Below are positions 8,770 through 18,348 of a stretch of DNA of 64,000 bases, in pieces. Below the pieces are notes generated by a model that was not told the DNA's origin, ran no database searches, and saw only the letters and a program-made list of their open reading frames with translations. The position numbers and the translations under genes were made by a program. The first letter of the stretch is position 1. Each line of letters begins with the position of its first letter. This DNA comes from an uncultured Eubacteriales bacterium (GTDB taxonomy: Bacteria; Acidobacteriota; Aminicenantia; Aminicenantales; UBA8522). Where the stretch lies: the NCBI GenBank assembly GCA_964353705.1, contig CAYGXD010000004.1, positions 4,820 to 68,819 on the forward strand, given 5' to 3'.

Positions 8770-10986
8770 TCAGTAATAACGGCTGATCTTGATTCCCTGG
8801 TAATATTTCCTGAGTATTTCTTTGTAGTCGGCGCCCGCTTGAGCCATCCGCGAGGCCCCGACCTGACAGAGACCGACGCCGTGACCCCACCCCTTGCCGG
8901 CGAAAACGTAGTGGCTCGTCCGACCGTCGGCATCATACTCCTTGTCCAGCGTGAAGAGCGTGTCCCGCAGACCCAGGACCCAACGAACCTTAAGACCCTT
9001 GACCACGATTTGACTCTCGGTCCCGATGATCTCAAGCTCGGTGACCCGGCGAGACTTGCCTCTTTGCCGGATGACGATGTCCTGGAGCTGGCCGATGGGA
9101 TAATACTCGTTGACCCGTTTCTCCAATTCCTCCTGGGTTTGCCGAACCAGCCAGCGATGGAAAGGCGATCCCCTGTCCAGCGTGGCCGTGCTCACCGGGT
9201 AGGAGACTTCAAGACAGCCGATTTCGCCGCCGTTTTCGACCCAGCGAATATCCTCGCCGCCGAGCAGGTAAAGCCTCGAGGCCGGGAAAACCTCGCCGTC
9301 CTGCGAGCGGAAAAGAAAAGCATCGGGGGAGACGGGAACGATCCGGGTCTCGCCGCGTTCTTCTAATTCAAGCTCGTTTTTTCTGGTCAGTCCGCGAAAC
9401 AACCCCTTCCGGGCAGGATCGAAATAGCTCCGGATAGCTTTGCCCAAAGCAAAGACCATCTCTCCCCGGGTGACCATCCTTTTTTCATCGGCCATCTCCG
9501 GACTGGAAGGAAGGACGCCGCTATGGATAAGATAGGCAAGGCTTTCTCTGGCGTCGGCCCTGACGGGAGGGAAATCCCGGAGGACATAATCGACCTCGGA
9601 GGGGAGCATCAGGTTCTTGACTCTTTCCTCCCATTGGAAGGCGGTGGTCAAGAGCTCGGCCAGGTTCGGAAAATTCAGGTTGGCCGCGGGCGGACCGAAT
9701 TTCGCGCTGCTTTTTCCCACCAAGGCAAGAGCCTTGCCGACCCAGGCGGAGGCTTCTTCGAACGGGACCGCTTCGCGGTAGTAAGAAGGATCCGTCTCGC
9801 GGGGAATGATCCCAAGGCCGATCAACATGGCCGCATCGCGCTCGATCGAACGGCCGTTCATCCAGACTGGAACCATCGGCCGGCTTTCCAGGGTCCATTC
9901 CGGCTGTTTTTCATAGGTGCACTCGGTGCTCTTAAGGTAGGGCTGGGCCTGGCCCTCGAACACGTTCTGGATGTCCTCCGTCATTCCGCCGCAGGTACTG
10001 GTGTAGAGGGCATTGATGAGTTTACCCTTGTAGAGGGCCACTTCTCCATTTGTCTCCTCGACCGCCCGATTGCTCTCTTTATGCTCAGCGCTGAGGCCAC
10101 CGTAAACCTGGCATTTGGCTGTATCGCAGAGGTCGAACCCAAGATCCCGGTTTGAGCCAAGGTTTTTAATGGCATAGGTCCGGGCGGCCACGGCCTGGGC
10201 TTTGAGCGCCTCGTATCCATGGAAGCGCTCGGGAGACAGCTCTTCCGGGACCACACCTTTGAGGTAGTCCTCCAAATTAAGGATATTCACAAGGACCAAA
10301 CCCTTGAGGCTGGCGCGAAGCACAAATATCCCTCTGTACCGGGTCCCTCGGTAGGACAGGTAGCTTTTCGGATCGGTGGGGACAAAGTAGATGACCGTCC
10401 CTTTATTCAAGTTCTCAAGCTTATCCCCCACCAGCGCCCACAGGGGATGGGATTCCTCCGCAGTGACCTCTTCCCGCAAAATCCAGGCCTCTCCGACGCC
10501 CTGCTGATTAAGGGTCTTAATGAACTTTAAAGCCTCGTTCCGGGTGAGGAAGTCCCCAAGGCGGACTTGGTAAAGGTCCTCCGCTTTGCCCTCCCTCCCG
10601 GATACGACATAAGCCCTGAGACCGGATCCAGGCTTGAGGCGGGCGGCCAGATTATCCGCCTCCTCCTTGTTGGCCGTCTGAGCGACCTGGAGGATGTACT
10701 TTTCGGTGAGTTCCTCCTTATGCCCCTTAACCTGAATCTCGTCCACATCTTCGGCCAGAAGGCGATAGTCGGAACCGACTTCATAGACTTTCATGCCCGA
10801 GGAGGCCTGGATAGTGATTTGCTCCAGGTTGACGGCGAGGCCGATCTTGACGACCGGATTCTGAATCAGGAAACCCTGGAAAAATTGGTTTTCCTGGCCG
10901 AATTCAGCCGGCTTCCCGATCAGAAAAAAGAGAACGGCAAATGCTCCGAAAAAATATTTGCCGGTTCTGGGGCGCGATTTTAACAT
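8770..10986 (-). CDS. SpoIID/LytB domain protein with an N-terminal SPOR-like domain (peptidoglycan remodelling)
   Basis: 738 aa with a signal peptide. The SpoIID hallmark is near the C-terminus (GKGWGHGVGLCQVGA). An N-terminal region of about 100 aa is SPOR-like. Confidence 0.65.
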   Translation of the reverse strand: MLKSRPRTGKYFFGAFAVLFFLIGKPAEFGQENQFFQGFLIQNPVVKIGLAVNLEQITIQASSGMKVYEVGSDYRLLAEDVDEIQVKGHKEELTEKYILQVAQTANKEEADNLAARLKPGSGLRAYVVSGREGKAEDLYQVRLGDFLTRNEALKFIKTLNQQGVGEAWILREEVTAEESHPLWALVGDKLENLNKGTVIYFVPTDPKSYLSYRGTRYRGIFVLRASLKGLVLVNILNLEDYLKGVVPEELSPERFHGYEALKAQAVAARTYAIKNLGSNRDLGFDLCDTAKCQVYGGLSAEHKESNRAVEETNGEVALYKGKLINALYTSTCGGMTEDIQNVFEGQAQPYLKSTECTYEKQPEWTLESRPMVPVWMNGRSIERDAAMLIGLGIIPRETDPSYYREAVPFEEASAWVGKALALVGKSSAKFGPPAANLNFPNLAELLTTAFQWEERVKNLMLPSEVDYVLRDFPPVRADARESLAYLIHSGVLPSSPEMADEKRMVTRGEMVFALGKAIRSYFDPARKGLFRGLTRKNELELEERGETRIVPVSPDAFLFRSQDGEVFPASRLYLLGGEDIRWVENGGEIGCLEVSYPVSTATLDRGSPFHRWLVRQTQEELEKRVNEYYPIGQLQDIVIRQRGKSRRVTELEIIGTESQIVVKGLKVRWVLGLRDTLFTLDKEYDADGRTSHYVFAGKGWGHGVGLCQVGASRMAQAGADYKEILRKYYQGIKISRYY

Positions 10987-11115
10987 GAGCTGACAGACTG
11001 CGGAGCTATTTTATACGGTCCTGAAAGGTTTTGTCAAGAAAAACAGTCAACCTGTGCTACCTCTTAGTGGATTTCCTACCAGATATTGTATTTAGTATCT
11101 TGGATTTACCCCTAT

Positions 11116-11144
11116 TTTATAGCACAAAGCGGAGGTTTCGTCAA
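11116..11144 (-). promoter_or_regulatory. sigma70-like promoter candidate (TTGACG-17-TATAAA) upstream of the SpoIID/LytB gene
   Basis: Read on the minus strand: a -35 TTGACG (11139-11144) and a -10 TATAAA (11116-11121) with a 17-nt spacer, about 125 nt upstream of the ATG at 10986. Confidence 0.3.
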
Positions 11145-11150
11145 CCCGGC

Positions 11151-12056
11151 TCAGGCCGGGGTAATCCGGCTATAAAGGAGCCGCGAGAGGCGGGCAATGA
11201 GCCTTTCCCCGTCTTCCCGGTTTTTCACCCCTCTGGTTAGGACCACCAGGATATATGGTTTGCGCCCCCCAGGGAAGACTATCGCCGCGTCATGTTCCAT
11301 CCCTGTAATGGAGCCCGTTTTATTGGCGACCCGCAGCCCATGGGGAAGCCCCGCCGGGATGCCGCTCCGAAACTTCTGTTTTTCCAGGATAACCGTCATC
11401 TCCCGGCAGGACGGCAAAGAACCGGCCCTGACGGAAGCGATCGATTCCATCACCCTAAGCAGGTCGGCGGCATCAGTCTGGTTGTTCCAGCCTCTCTCGA
11501 AGGCTTTGCTGTCTTCAACCCCTCTAAGGATCTGCATCCGCCGGATGCCCAAGAGCTCCAGGGTCGACATTATATTGTCGGGCTTTACGAGTTCGATCAA
11601 GATGTTGGTGGCCAGATTGCTGCTCGTGGTGATCATCCTCTCGGCGAGCTCCCGGATCGTCAAGGACTTCCCGATAAGGTCATAGATATCGGGATCAGAG
11701 TCATCTTCTTTATTCAACGAAAAGAGGCTGTCGTCGACGATGCTGTGAAACTCGTTCTTGATGATGATCCGTTCGTCCAGCCGATATTTCCCGTCTTCGG
11801 CCTGTTTGAAAACCTCGATGAGTACCGGCACCTTCATCGTGCTGGCCGCATGAACCATGTCCTTTTCTTTGACGTAAAGTGTATCTCCTGTCTGGAAATC
11901 TTTGAAGGCCAGGCTGACCTCGGCTCCGGAGGCGGCAATCTCGGCCTCGATCGCTTTTCTGAGGCTGTCCAGATCGTTGGTCCAGGAAAAGCGGTTCGAG
12001 ATGGTCAGGCTGAAAATAAAAGTGGACATAACAAGCGGCCAGTGCTTCGAATTCAT
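11151..12056 (-). CDS. class A beta-lactamase-family serine hydrolase
   Basis: The motifs S-x-x-K (ASTMKV), an SDN-loop variant (TSSN) and KTG (ANKTGS) occur with class A spacing. Confidence 0.6.
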   Translation of the reverse strand: MNSKHWPLVMSTFIFSLTISNRFSWTNDLDSLRKAIEAEIAASGAEVSLAFKDFQTGDTLYVKEKDMVHAASTMKVPVLIEVFKQAEDGKYRLDERIIIKNEFHSIVDDSLFSLNKEDDSDPDIYDLIGKSLTIRELAERMITTSSNLATNILIELVKPDNIMSTLELLGIRRMQILRGVEDSKAFERGWNNQTDAADLLRVMESIASVRAGSLPSCREMTVILEKQKFRSGIPAGLPHGLRVANKTGSITGMEHDAAIVFPGGRKPYILVVLTRGVKNREDGERLIARLSRLLYSRITPA

Positions 12057-12268
12057 ATCGATTACCTTCCTCGCCCATTCTAATGCGCCCCCCCAAAAAT
12101 GTGAAGATGTCTGTTGGTTTCGGACGAAATCCGAAACGCCTCCAAGACTCTAAACGAAAGCCGTTAACTCCCCTACCCCTCCCGACCAATCCGGCGAGGT
12201 CTATTTAGCGTCGACGTTTCGGGTAAAGGCCGAAGGACTCCGGCAAGGAGGTCCGTGGACGATTTGGC

Positions 12269-13621
12269 CTATTTCAGCCGGCGCAGCTCTGGAACGCTGA
12301 TGGTGATGGCCGCACACAATAGAAACATGATCCCGGCGTTTAGCAGGACGGCAGCCGGCTCCCCGAAGTGTTCGGCTATGGTCCCGATCCAGAGCGCTCC
12401 GACGGGCAAAAACCCGAAAAATGTCAGACTATAAAGCCCCATGACGCGGCCGCGCAACTCATCCCGCACCAGCGTTTGGACCAGGGAGTTGGCTAAGTTA
12501 AAGATGAAGATGACAGCTACACCTGTGCCCATCAATACAACCAGAGATAGCGGCAGATGGCGGACAAAAGAAAAGGCCAGGACCAAAAGGGGAAAGGCAA
12601 ATGCCCCGATGGTCAAGAGACGCCCTTTAAAATCGAAACGGCCAAGAGAGGCGATCGTCAGGGCACCGATGAGGGCGCCGATCCCGCGGGCCGACTGCAG
12701 CCAGCCATTGGTCGTGGCATCGCCGCCCAAAACCTTGACGGCCCAGGCAGGCAGCAGGACGGCGAAAGAGACGCCGAACATGCTGGTCACAACGATCAAA
12801 CTGATGAGCGTCCGGATCATCCGATGGCCGAGGACGTAGCCAAATCCTTCCTTGAGGTCATGGAGAGCCGAAGACTGCGAGGGCACTTTTTCCCAGGGCT
12901 GCAATCTCATGCGAAGAAGGGCGGCGATCACGGCAAGAAAGGAAAACCCGTTGATCATGAAACACCAGGCGGGGCCGAAAAGGGCGTAGGTGATTCCCGC
13001 CACGGCCGGGCCTATCGTGGTCGCCGAATTAAACATCGTCGAGTTCAGGGCGATCGCGTTGGTCAAATCCTCACGCCCGACCATATCGGGAACAAAAGCA
13101 TGCCTGGCCGGGGCGTCAAACGCGTTGGCGATACCCAGGAGGAAGGCCAGAAGCACAATTTCCCAGGAGCGGACAATGTTCAAGAAGGCCAAGGTCGCCA
13201 GGGCGAAGGCCAGAAACATCATGGACGTCTGGGTGATCAGCAGAAGAGTGCGCCGCCGCACCCGGTCGGCGATCACTCCGCCTAGCGGCATGAAAAACCA
13301 GCTGGGCAGGCCGGCCGCAAAACCGACATATCCCAGATAGGCTGACGAGCCGGTGATCTCATAGACCAGAAAGCCCTGCGCCGTAACCTGCATCCAGGTG
13401 CCGAACAGGGATACGAGCTGTCCCCAAAACCAGAGCCGGTAATTGCGGTGGCGCAGCGATGAAAATGTGTGTTTCAGGCTGATCTGGCGGCGGAGCGTTT
13501 CGATTTCGGAGCGGACCATTTCGGCTGTCTCAAGACGCCGCATTGTAGCGCAATCGGGCCAGACGGACAAGAGGGGGAAGCCGCTCCAGGCACACCGGGA
13601 TAGAAGTCTGGTCATGGACAA
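12269..13621 (-). CDS. MFS transporter (EntS-like exporter family)
   Basis: About 12 TM segments with MFS organization. The N-terminal start is uncertain; the first 40 aa look like read-through. Confidence 0.6.
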   Translation of the reverse strand: MSMTRLLSRCAWSGFPLLSVWPDCATMRRLETAEMVRSEIETLRRQISLKHTFSSLRHRNYRLWFWGQLVSLFGTWMQVTAQGFLVYEITGSSAYLGYVGFAAGLPSWFFMPLGGVIADRVRRRTLLLITQTSMMFLAFALATLAFLNIVRSWEIVLLAFLLGIANAFDAPARHAFVPDMVGREDLTNAIALNSTMFNSATTIGPAVAGITYALFGPAWCFMINGFSFLAVIAALLRMRLQPWEKVPSQSSALHDLKEGFGYVLGHRMIRTLISLIVVTSMFGVSFAVLLPAWAVKVLGGDATTNGWLQSARGIGALIGALTIASLGRFDFKGRLLTIGAFAFPLLVLAFSFVRHLPLSLVVLMGTGVAVIFIFNLANSLVQTLVRDELRGRVMGLYSLTFFGFLPVGALWIGTIAEHFGEPAAVLLNAGIMFLLCAAITISVPELRRLK

Positions 13622-13659
13622 CGGACTCCTCCCCCGATTTACGCCCTCGTCGGATCGGT

Positions 13660-14988
13660 TTAAGACGCTTTTCGCGTCTCCCGGCTTCGAAAAAAAGCAA
13701 AGATTGGGAGCCCGCCCAGGATGATGATCGAGCCGACCGCCGATTTGAGGGGGGCCGAGATGATGACATTGATAACAACGGCTATCGAGACAGCCAGGAA
13801 GACAAACGGAACCAGGGGATATCCCCAGGTCCGGTAAGGTCTTTCCACGTCCGGCATCTTTTTCCTGAGCACCAGCAGGGCAAGGGCGGTCAGCCCGAAA
13901 AAGATCCAGTCGCCGAAAGTGACATATCGAAGCAATTGGCCGTAGCTATTCGTCAGCAGGAGGGCCGTAGCCCAGAGGGACTGGAGCAGGATCGAATAAT
14001 GCGGCGTCCCGTAGCGCGGATGGAGGCGGGAAGCGACGGGGAGGAACATGCTTTCCCTGGCCATGACAAAGTAAACCCGCGGTCCCGTCATGACGAATAC
14101 ATTGGTGATCCCGAAAGTCGAGATGATGATGGCCAGGGAAATGAAGGATGCGCCCAGAGGGCCGGTCATGGTCCTCATGGCGTCCGAGGCGAGCCGTGTC
14201 GAGGCCGCGATCTCACCGATCGGCAAAGCCTTGATATAGACGATATTTGAACACACATAGACGAAGACGACCAGCGAGACTCCGGATATGATGGCCAAGG
14301 GAATATTCCGGGACGCGTTCTTCACCTCTCCACCGACGAAGTTCAGGTTCTGCCATCCCCCATAGGAGAAAAGCGCGGGCATCAGGGCCAGGCCGAGGGC
14401 GCTCAGGAGGCCCAAACTAAAACCCTGGGGAAAAAGGGCTCCCCATTCGAGCGGCGCCGGCCGCTGCCAGAATAAACCGTACCCGATCAGCACCAGGAGA
14501 GCGATGACCTTGAGGGCAGTGAAGATATTCTGGACGATGCTTCCCGGCCTGATTCCGAGAAGGTTGACCAGCGAAAGAAGCCAGATTATCGCCGCCGCGA
14601 GAAGGACCGTTCCCAGCCGGCCCAGCGGCAGAAAGACGCCGATGAAACTGGCACACGTATAAGCGACGGCGGCGATAGCTCCCGTCTGGATGGTGCTGAA
14701 CAACGTCCAGCCGAAGAGGAAACCCACCCAGGGCGAGAAGGCCTTTTCAAGATAGACGACTTGGCCTCCCGTCTGGGGGAACATGGCGCCCAGTTCGGCG
14801 AAGCAGAGCCCGCCCAGGAAAGCTATCAGGCCCCCCAGTATCCAGACCAGGAGGAGCTGGGAGGACGTCTGGAGAAATTTAGCGCTTTCGGCGGAGTTGA
14901 TGAAGATGCCCGAACCGATGATCGCCCCGCTCACGATCATGGCGGCATCGAAAGCGCCGAGCTTCCGTTTCAGCGCTTCACCGTTCAT
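13660..14988 (-). CDS. APC-family amino acid permease
   Basis: 442 aa, 12 TM segments, with a typical APC N-terminal motif (MIVSGAIIGSGIF). Confidence 0.75.
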   Translation of the reverse strand: MNGEALKRKLGAFDAAMIVSGAIIGSGIFINSAESAKFLQTSSQLLLVWILGGLIAFLGGLCFAELGAMFPQTGGQVVYLEKAFSPWVGFLFGWTLFSTIQTGAIAAVAYTCASFIGVFLPLGRLGTVLLAAAIIWLLSLVNLLGIRPGSIVQNIFTALKVIALLVLIGYGLFWQRPAPLEWGALFPQGFSLGLLSALGLALMPALFSYGGWQNLNFVGGEVKNASRNIPLAIISGVSLVVFVYVCSNIVYIKALPIGEIAASTRLASDAMRTMTGPLGASFISLAIIISTFGITNVFVMTGPRVYFVMARESMFLPVASRLHPRYGTPHYSILLQSLWATALLLTNSYGQLLRYVTFGDWIFFGLTALALLVLRKKMPDVERPYRTWGYPLVPFVFLAVSIAVVINVIISAPLKSAVGSIIILGGLPIFAFFRSRETRKAS

Positions 14989-15156
14989 CCTTTCTTTTTA
15001 GCTGAAGGCAGCGGCAAAATCAATGGGGCCGAACCCTCTCCGGCCCAATGTCCTTTGCTTTTTGGCGAGCGGCGAATCCTGCGGACGGGGGGGGATTTGA
15101 CCTCATCCCCGGTTTTTTATAGAATTATCGCGTTTGAAAGTCACAAGGAGGACTTC

Positions 15157-15888
15157 ATGAAAAAAACTATTTCCCGTATTGTCTGCGCCCTCGTGGTTTT
15201 GGCGCTGGCCTCGGCCCCGGCTTCCAGCCAGACGGCCAAGGAAATCCTGGGCAAGTGGATCGAGGCCCAGGGGGGAGCGAAGGCCCTTGAAGCTGTCAAA
15301 GACACGACCATCACCGGAAATGTCCAACTGGTCTCCATGGGGATAAACGGCACCCTCACCATGTATCAGAAAGAGCCCAATATGATGCGCCTGGATATCG
15401 AGATCATGGGCATGGTCATCACTCAGGCCTACGACGGCGAGATCGCCTGGATGGTTGACCCGCAGACGGGGGCGACGACCCAGATGCCCGAGAACGCCAC
15501 CCAGGAGTTCAAGCGTCAGGCCCTCGGCAACGATGCCCTCCTCAACCCCGAAAAATACGGGATTAAATATGACGTCAAGGGCAAGGAAAAGCTCGAAGAG
15601 AAAGAATACCTCGTCCTCGAACAGACCACTTCGGATGGACACAAAACGACCATCTACATCGACCCCGCCACCTACCTGACCTACAAGACCAAGGGCACGG
15701 CCATGGGACAGGCCGGTGTCGAGGTCATGGCCGAGACGATCACAGGCGATTATAAGAAAGTCGAAGGGCTCCTCATCGCCCACTCCATGACCCAATTCCA
15801 GGACGGCCAGGAGTTCATGAGGATGACCATGACCAAGGTCACTTTCAACTCCAACCTGGAAGATTCCTTTTTCAAGATGGCCAAATAG
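15157..15888 (+). CDS. LolA-like outer-membrane lipoprotein-sorting family protein (secreted)
   Basis: Internal ATG at 15157 with an AAGGAGG Shine-Dalgarno and a signal peptide (MKKTISRIVCALVVLALASAPASSQ). The beta-rich sequence resembles the LolA-fold 'outer membrane lipoprotein-sorting protein' family. The upstream part of the longer ORF-track ORF is antisense to the APC gene and was rejected. Confidence 0.5.
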   Translation: MKKTISRIVCALVVLALASAPASSQTAKEILGKWIEAQGGAKALEAVKDTTITGNVQLVSMGINGTLTMYQKEPNMMRLDIEIMGMVITQAYDGEIAWMVDPQTGATTQMPENATQEFKRQALGNDALLNPEKYGIKYDVKGKEKLEEKEYLVLEQTTSDGHKTTIYIDPATYLTYKTKGTAMGQAGVEVMAETITGDYKKVEGLLIAHSMTQFQDGQEFMRMTMTKVTFNSNLEDSFFKMAK

Positions 15889-15895
15889 GACGGGT

Positions 15896-15933
15896 GGGAG
15901 GATCGATCCTCTAAGAGAATATTTATTTTTCTG
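15896..15933 (+). terminator. candidate intrinsic terminator after the LolA-like gene
   Basis: A perfect 14-bp palindrome GAGGATCGATCCTC (15898-15911) lies 10 nt after the TAG stop. It is followed by the T-rich run AATATTTATTTTTC. Confidence 0.3.
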
Positions 15934-15956
15934 TCTCGTCCCGGAGGGAGGTCACA

Positions 15957-17381
15957 ATGAAGAAGGTTTTCTTTCTTCTGCTGATCATCCTGTTCAGTTT
16001 TTCCAGCTGCGCCGTCAATCCGGTCACCGGCAAAAAAGAGCTGAACCTGATCTCGGAAAGCCAGGAGATCGCCCTGGGCAAGCAGACCGACATCGAAGTC
16101 CGCAAGGAGTATGGGGTTTATGCCAACCCTGACCTCAATGCCTACGTTCAGACCATTGGCAAGGATCTGGTCCCCCACACTCATCGGCCTCAGCTCCCCT
16201 ATCAGTTTGCCGTCCTGGATACTCCTGTGGTCAACGCCTTCGCCGTTCCTGGCGGATACATCTACGTCACCCGGGGGATCCTGGCCCTCATGGGATCGGA
16301 GGCTGAGCTGGCCGTCGTCCTGGGCCATGAGCTGGGGCATGTCAACGCCCGGCACAGCGTCCACCGGATGAGCGAGATGATGCTCGTCCAGGTCGGCCTG
16401 GCCGTGGGCAGCGCCCTGAGCCAAACGTTCGCCCAGGTCGCCGGCCTGGCCGGCGTCGGCGTCCAGCTCCTCTTTCTTAAGTACAGCCGGGATGATGAGC
16501 GGCAGGCGGATGCGCTCGGCGTCGAATACGCCCGCAAGGGAGTTTACAATCCGGGAGAGATGATCGCCTTTTTCGGTTCGCTCGAAAAGCTGGGCGACCT
16601 CTCCGGCGGCCAAGCGCTCCCAGGATTCCTCTCCACACACCCTTTGACAAGCGAACGCATCGGAAAAGTCAAACAGATGCTCACGGAGGCTGACCAGAAA
16701 CTCGAGGTCAAGGAGAGGCCGTATCTGAGGCGCATCGACGGGCTCGTTTATGGAGAGGATCCGCGCCAGGGCTTTGTCGAAGGCGGCCGCTTCTATCACC
16801 CGGAGATGGCTTTCAGCTTTGCTGTCCCCAGCGGATGGATTGTGGTCAACACGCCGACCCAGGCTATGTTTTCCTCTCCGGACGAAAAAGGGGCCTTGAT
16901 CCTCCAGGCGGAGGAGACGGCCGAAGATCTCCCCGGCTACGTCCAAAAGAAGGCCGGGCAGATCGAAGGCAGCCAGTTCGTTGCCGATGATACCCTCAGA
17001 GTCCCCGGCCTGGCCTCTTGTCATCAACTCTACCGGGTCGATCAGCAGCAGGCGGAGACGATCCACCTCCGTCTATCCGCGATCCGAAAAGGCAGCATGG
17101 TCTATACGTTCTCGGCGCTGGCAAGGTCGTCGGATTTTCCCCGGTTCAACCAGGAATTCAGGCGCTCCGCTCAGTCTTTCGCCCCGCTCCGGGACCCGGC
17201 TTTTCTCAACCGCCGCCCCCACCAGCTGAGGTTAGTTGAGGCTAGCGGACGTCAAACCCTCCAGGAGGTCTTTTCGGGCGCCGGGATGAACAAGGACCTC
17301 TGGCCCTCCGTGGCCATACTCAACGGGCTGGAACTGGGCTCCAAACCGCCCCAGGGTCAGATGCTCAAAGTCATCCGCTAG
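15957..17381 (+). CDS. M48 family zinc metallopeptidase, lipoprotein (LoiP/BepA-like)
   Basis: Lipoprotein signal (LFSFSSC), HExxH (GHELGHVNARH), and a GGGAGG Shine-Dalgarno. Confidence 0.7.
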   Translation: MKKVFFLLLIILFSFSSCAVNPVTGKKELNLISESQEIALGKQTDIEVRKEYGVYANPDLNAYVQTIGKDLVPHTHRPQLPYQFAVLDTPVVNAFAVPGGYIYVTRGILALMGSEAELAVVLGHELGHVNARHSVHRMSEMMLVQVGLAVGSALSQTFAQVAGLAGVGVQLLFLKYSRDDERQADALGVEYARKGVYNPGEMIAFFGSLEKLGDLSGGQALPGFLSTHPLTSERIGKVKQMLTEADQKLEVKERPYLRRIDGLVYGEDPRQGFVEGGRFYHPEMAFSFAVPSGWIVVNTPTQAMFSSPDEKGALILQAEETAEDLPGYVQKKAGQIEGSQFVADDTLRVPGLASCHQLYRVDQQQAETIHLRLSAIRKGSMVYTFSALARSSDFPRFNQEFRRSAQSFAPLRDPAFLNRRPHQLRLVEASGRQTLQEVFSGAGMNKDLWPSVAILNGLELGSKPPQGQMLKVIR

Positions 17382-17430
17382 TGTCCGGTCTTTGGAGAGG
17401 ACTTTGGAAGGAGATTTTTGAGAAGGGACG

Positions 17431-18348
17431 CTAGGCTTCGGCCTCTTTGAGGACGTCGTGGGCGAGCCGGAGCGCCCGCACTCCCTCCTCGCCTGTGACC
17501 TTTGAAATCTTACCGAGCCGGATACAATCCAGGAAGTTGCGGAGCTCCTTTTTCAGCGGTTCTTCCTTCTGGATCCTCAGGGTTTTGATGTCCGTCCGGC
17601 GGTCCAACGGAAAGACGACGACCTCCTGATCGATGTAGTCGATCGAGTAATAGACGGTCGGCTCGAAGATCCTCAGTTTCCTCACCTTCCCCTGGTGAAC
17701 GCGGCTGGCCGTCAGAGTGGCTACACACCCCCCCTTGAATTCCAGCCGGGCGTTGGCGATATCGATCTTGTCGGAAAGGACGTGGATCCCTGTGGCCCGG
17801 ATAATGCCGACGTCATCCTTGATCAGGGCCATGATAATGTCGAGGTCGTGGATCATCAGATCGAGGACGACGTCGATGTCGAGGGAACGGGAGGAGAAGG
17901 AACCCAACCGCTGGACCTCGATGAACCGCGGCTCGCGGAGCATGGTCTCGACCGCTTCGACAGCCGGGTTGAAACGCTCCAGGTGCCCGACCTGGAGGAC
18001 GAGGCCGCCGGACTTAGCCGCCGCGACAAGCTCCTCGCCCTGGCCGACCGTTTCTGTGATCGGCTTTTCGACGAGCACCGCTATTCCGTTCCGCAACAGG
18101 TTGAGGGAGATGGAGTGATGAACGGATGTCGGAGTGGCCACGATGGCCGCGTCTATCTCACCCATCATCTCCTCATAGTTCTGATAGTAGGCGACGCCGT
18201 GTCTGTTCCCTATCTCCACGGCCTTCTTGAAATCGATATCGGCCACTCCCTTGAGATCCGCCTCTTCCAGGTAGGAAAGGATGCGGGCGTGTTGCGTGCC
18301 CAGATACCCGACGCCGATGATCCCGACCCTGACTTGTTCCATCGTCAT
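17431..18348 (-). CDS. Gfo/Idh/MocA family NAD(P)-dependent oxidoreductase
   Basis: Rossmann N-terminus (VRVGIIGVGYLGTQHA) with a typical Gfo/Idh/MocA C-terminal domain. The start overlaps the lpxI stop by 4 nt. Confidence 0.7.
   Translation of the reverse strand: MTMEQVRVGIIGVGYLGTQHARILSYLEEADLKGVADIDFKKAVEIGNRHGVAYYQNYEEMMGEIDAAIVATPTSVHHSISLNLLRNGIAVLVEKPITETVGQGEELVAAAKSGGLVLQVGHLERFNPAVEAVETMLREPRFIEVQRLGSFSSRSLDIDVVLDLMIHDLDIIMALIKDDVGIIRATGIHVLSDKIDIANARLEFKGGCVATLTASRVHQGKVRKLRIFEPTVYYSIDYIDQEVVVFPLDRRTDIKTLRIQKEEPLKKELRNFLDCIRLGKISKVTGEEGVRALRLAHDVLKEAEA

Noticed and set aside
12100-12125. Perfect inverted repeat GTTTCGGA-cgaaa-TCCGAAAC between the MFS and beta-lactamase-like genes
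   Set aside because: It is not followed by a U-tract on the minus (coding) strand, so it is unlikely to be an intrinsic terminator for the MFS gene. It sits in the 5' leader of the beta-lactamase-like gene, where it could be a regulatory hairpin, but on its own it is too short to assign a function.
14761-15156. N-terminal 130 aa of the ORF-track ORF 14761-15888, upstream of the LolA-like gene
   Set aside because: This segment is antisense to the 3' end of the APC permease gene and is low-complexity. A strong AAGGAGG Shine-Dalgarno plus ATG at 15157 marks the real start, and it is followed immediately by a signal peptide.
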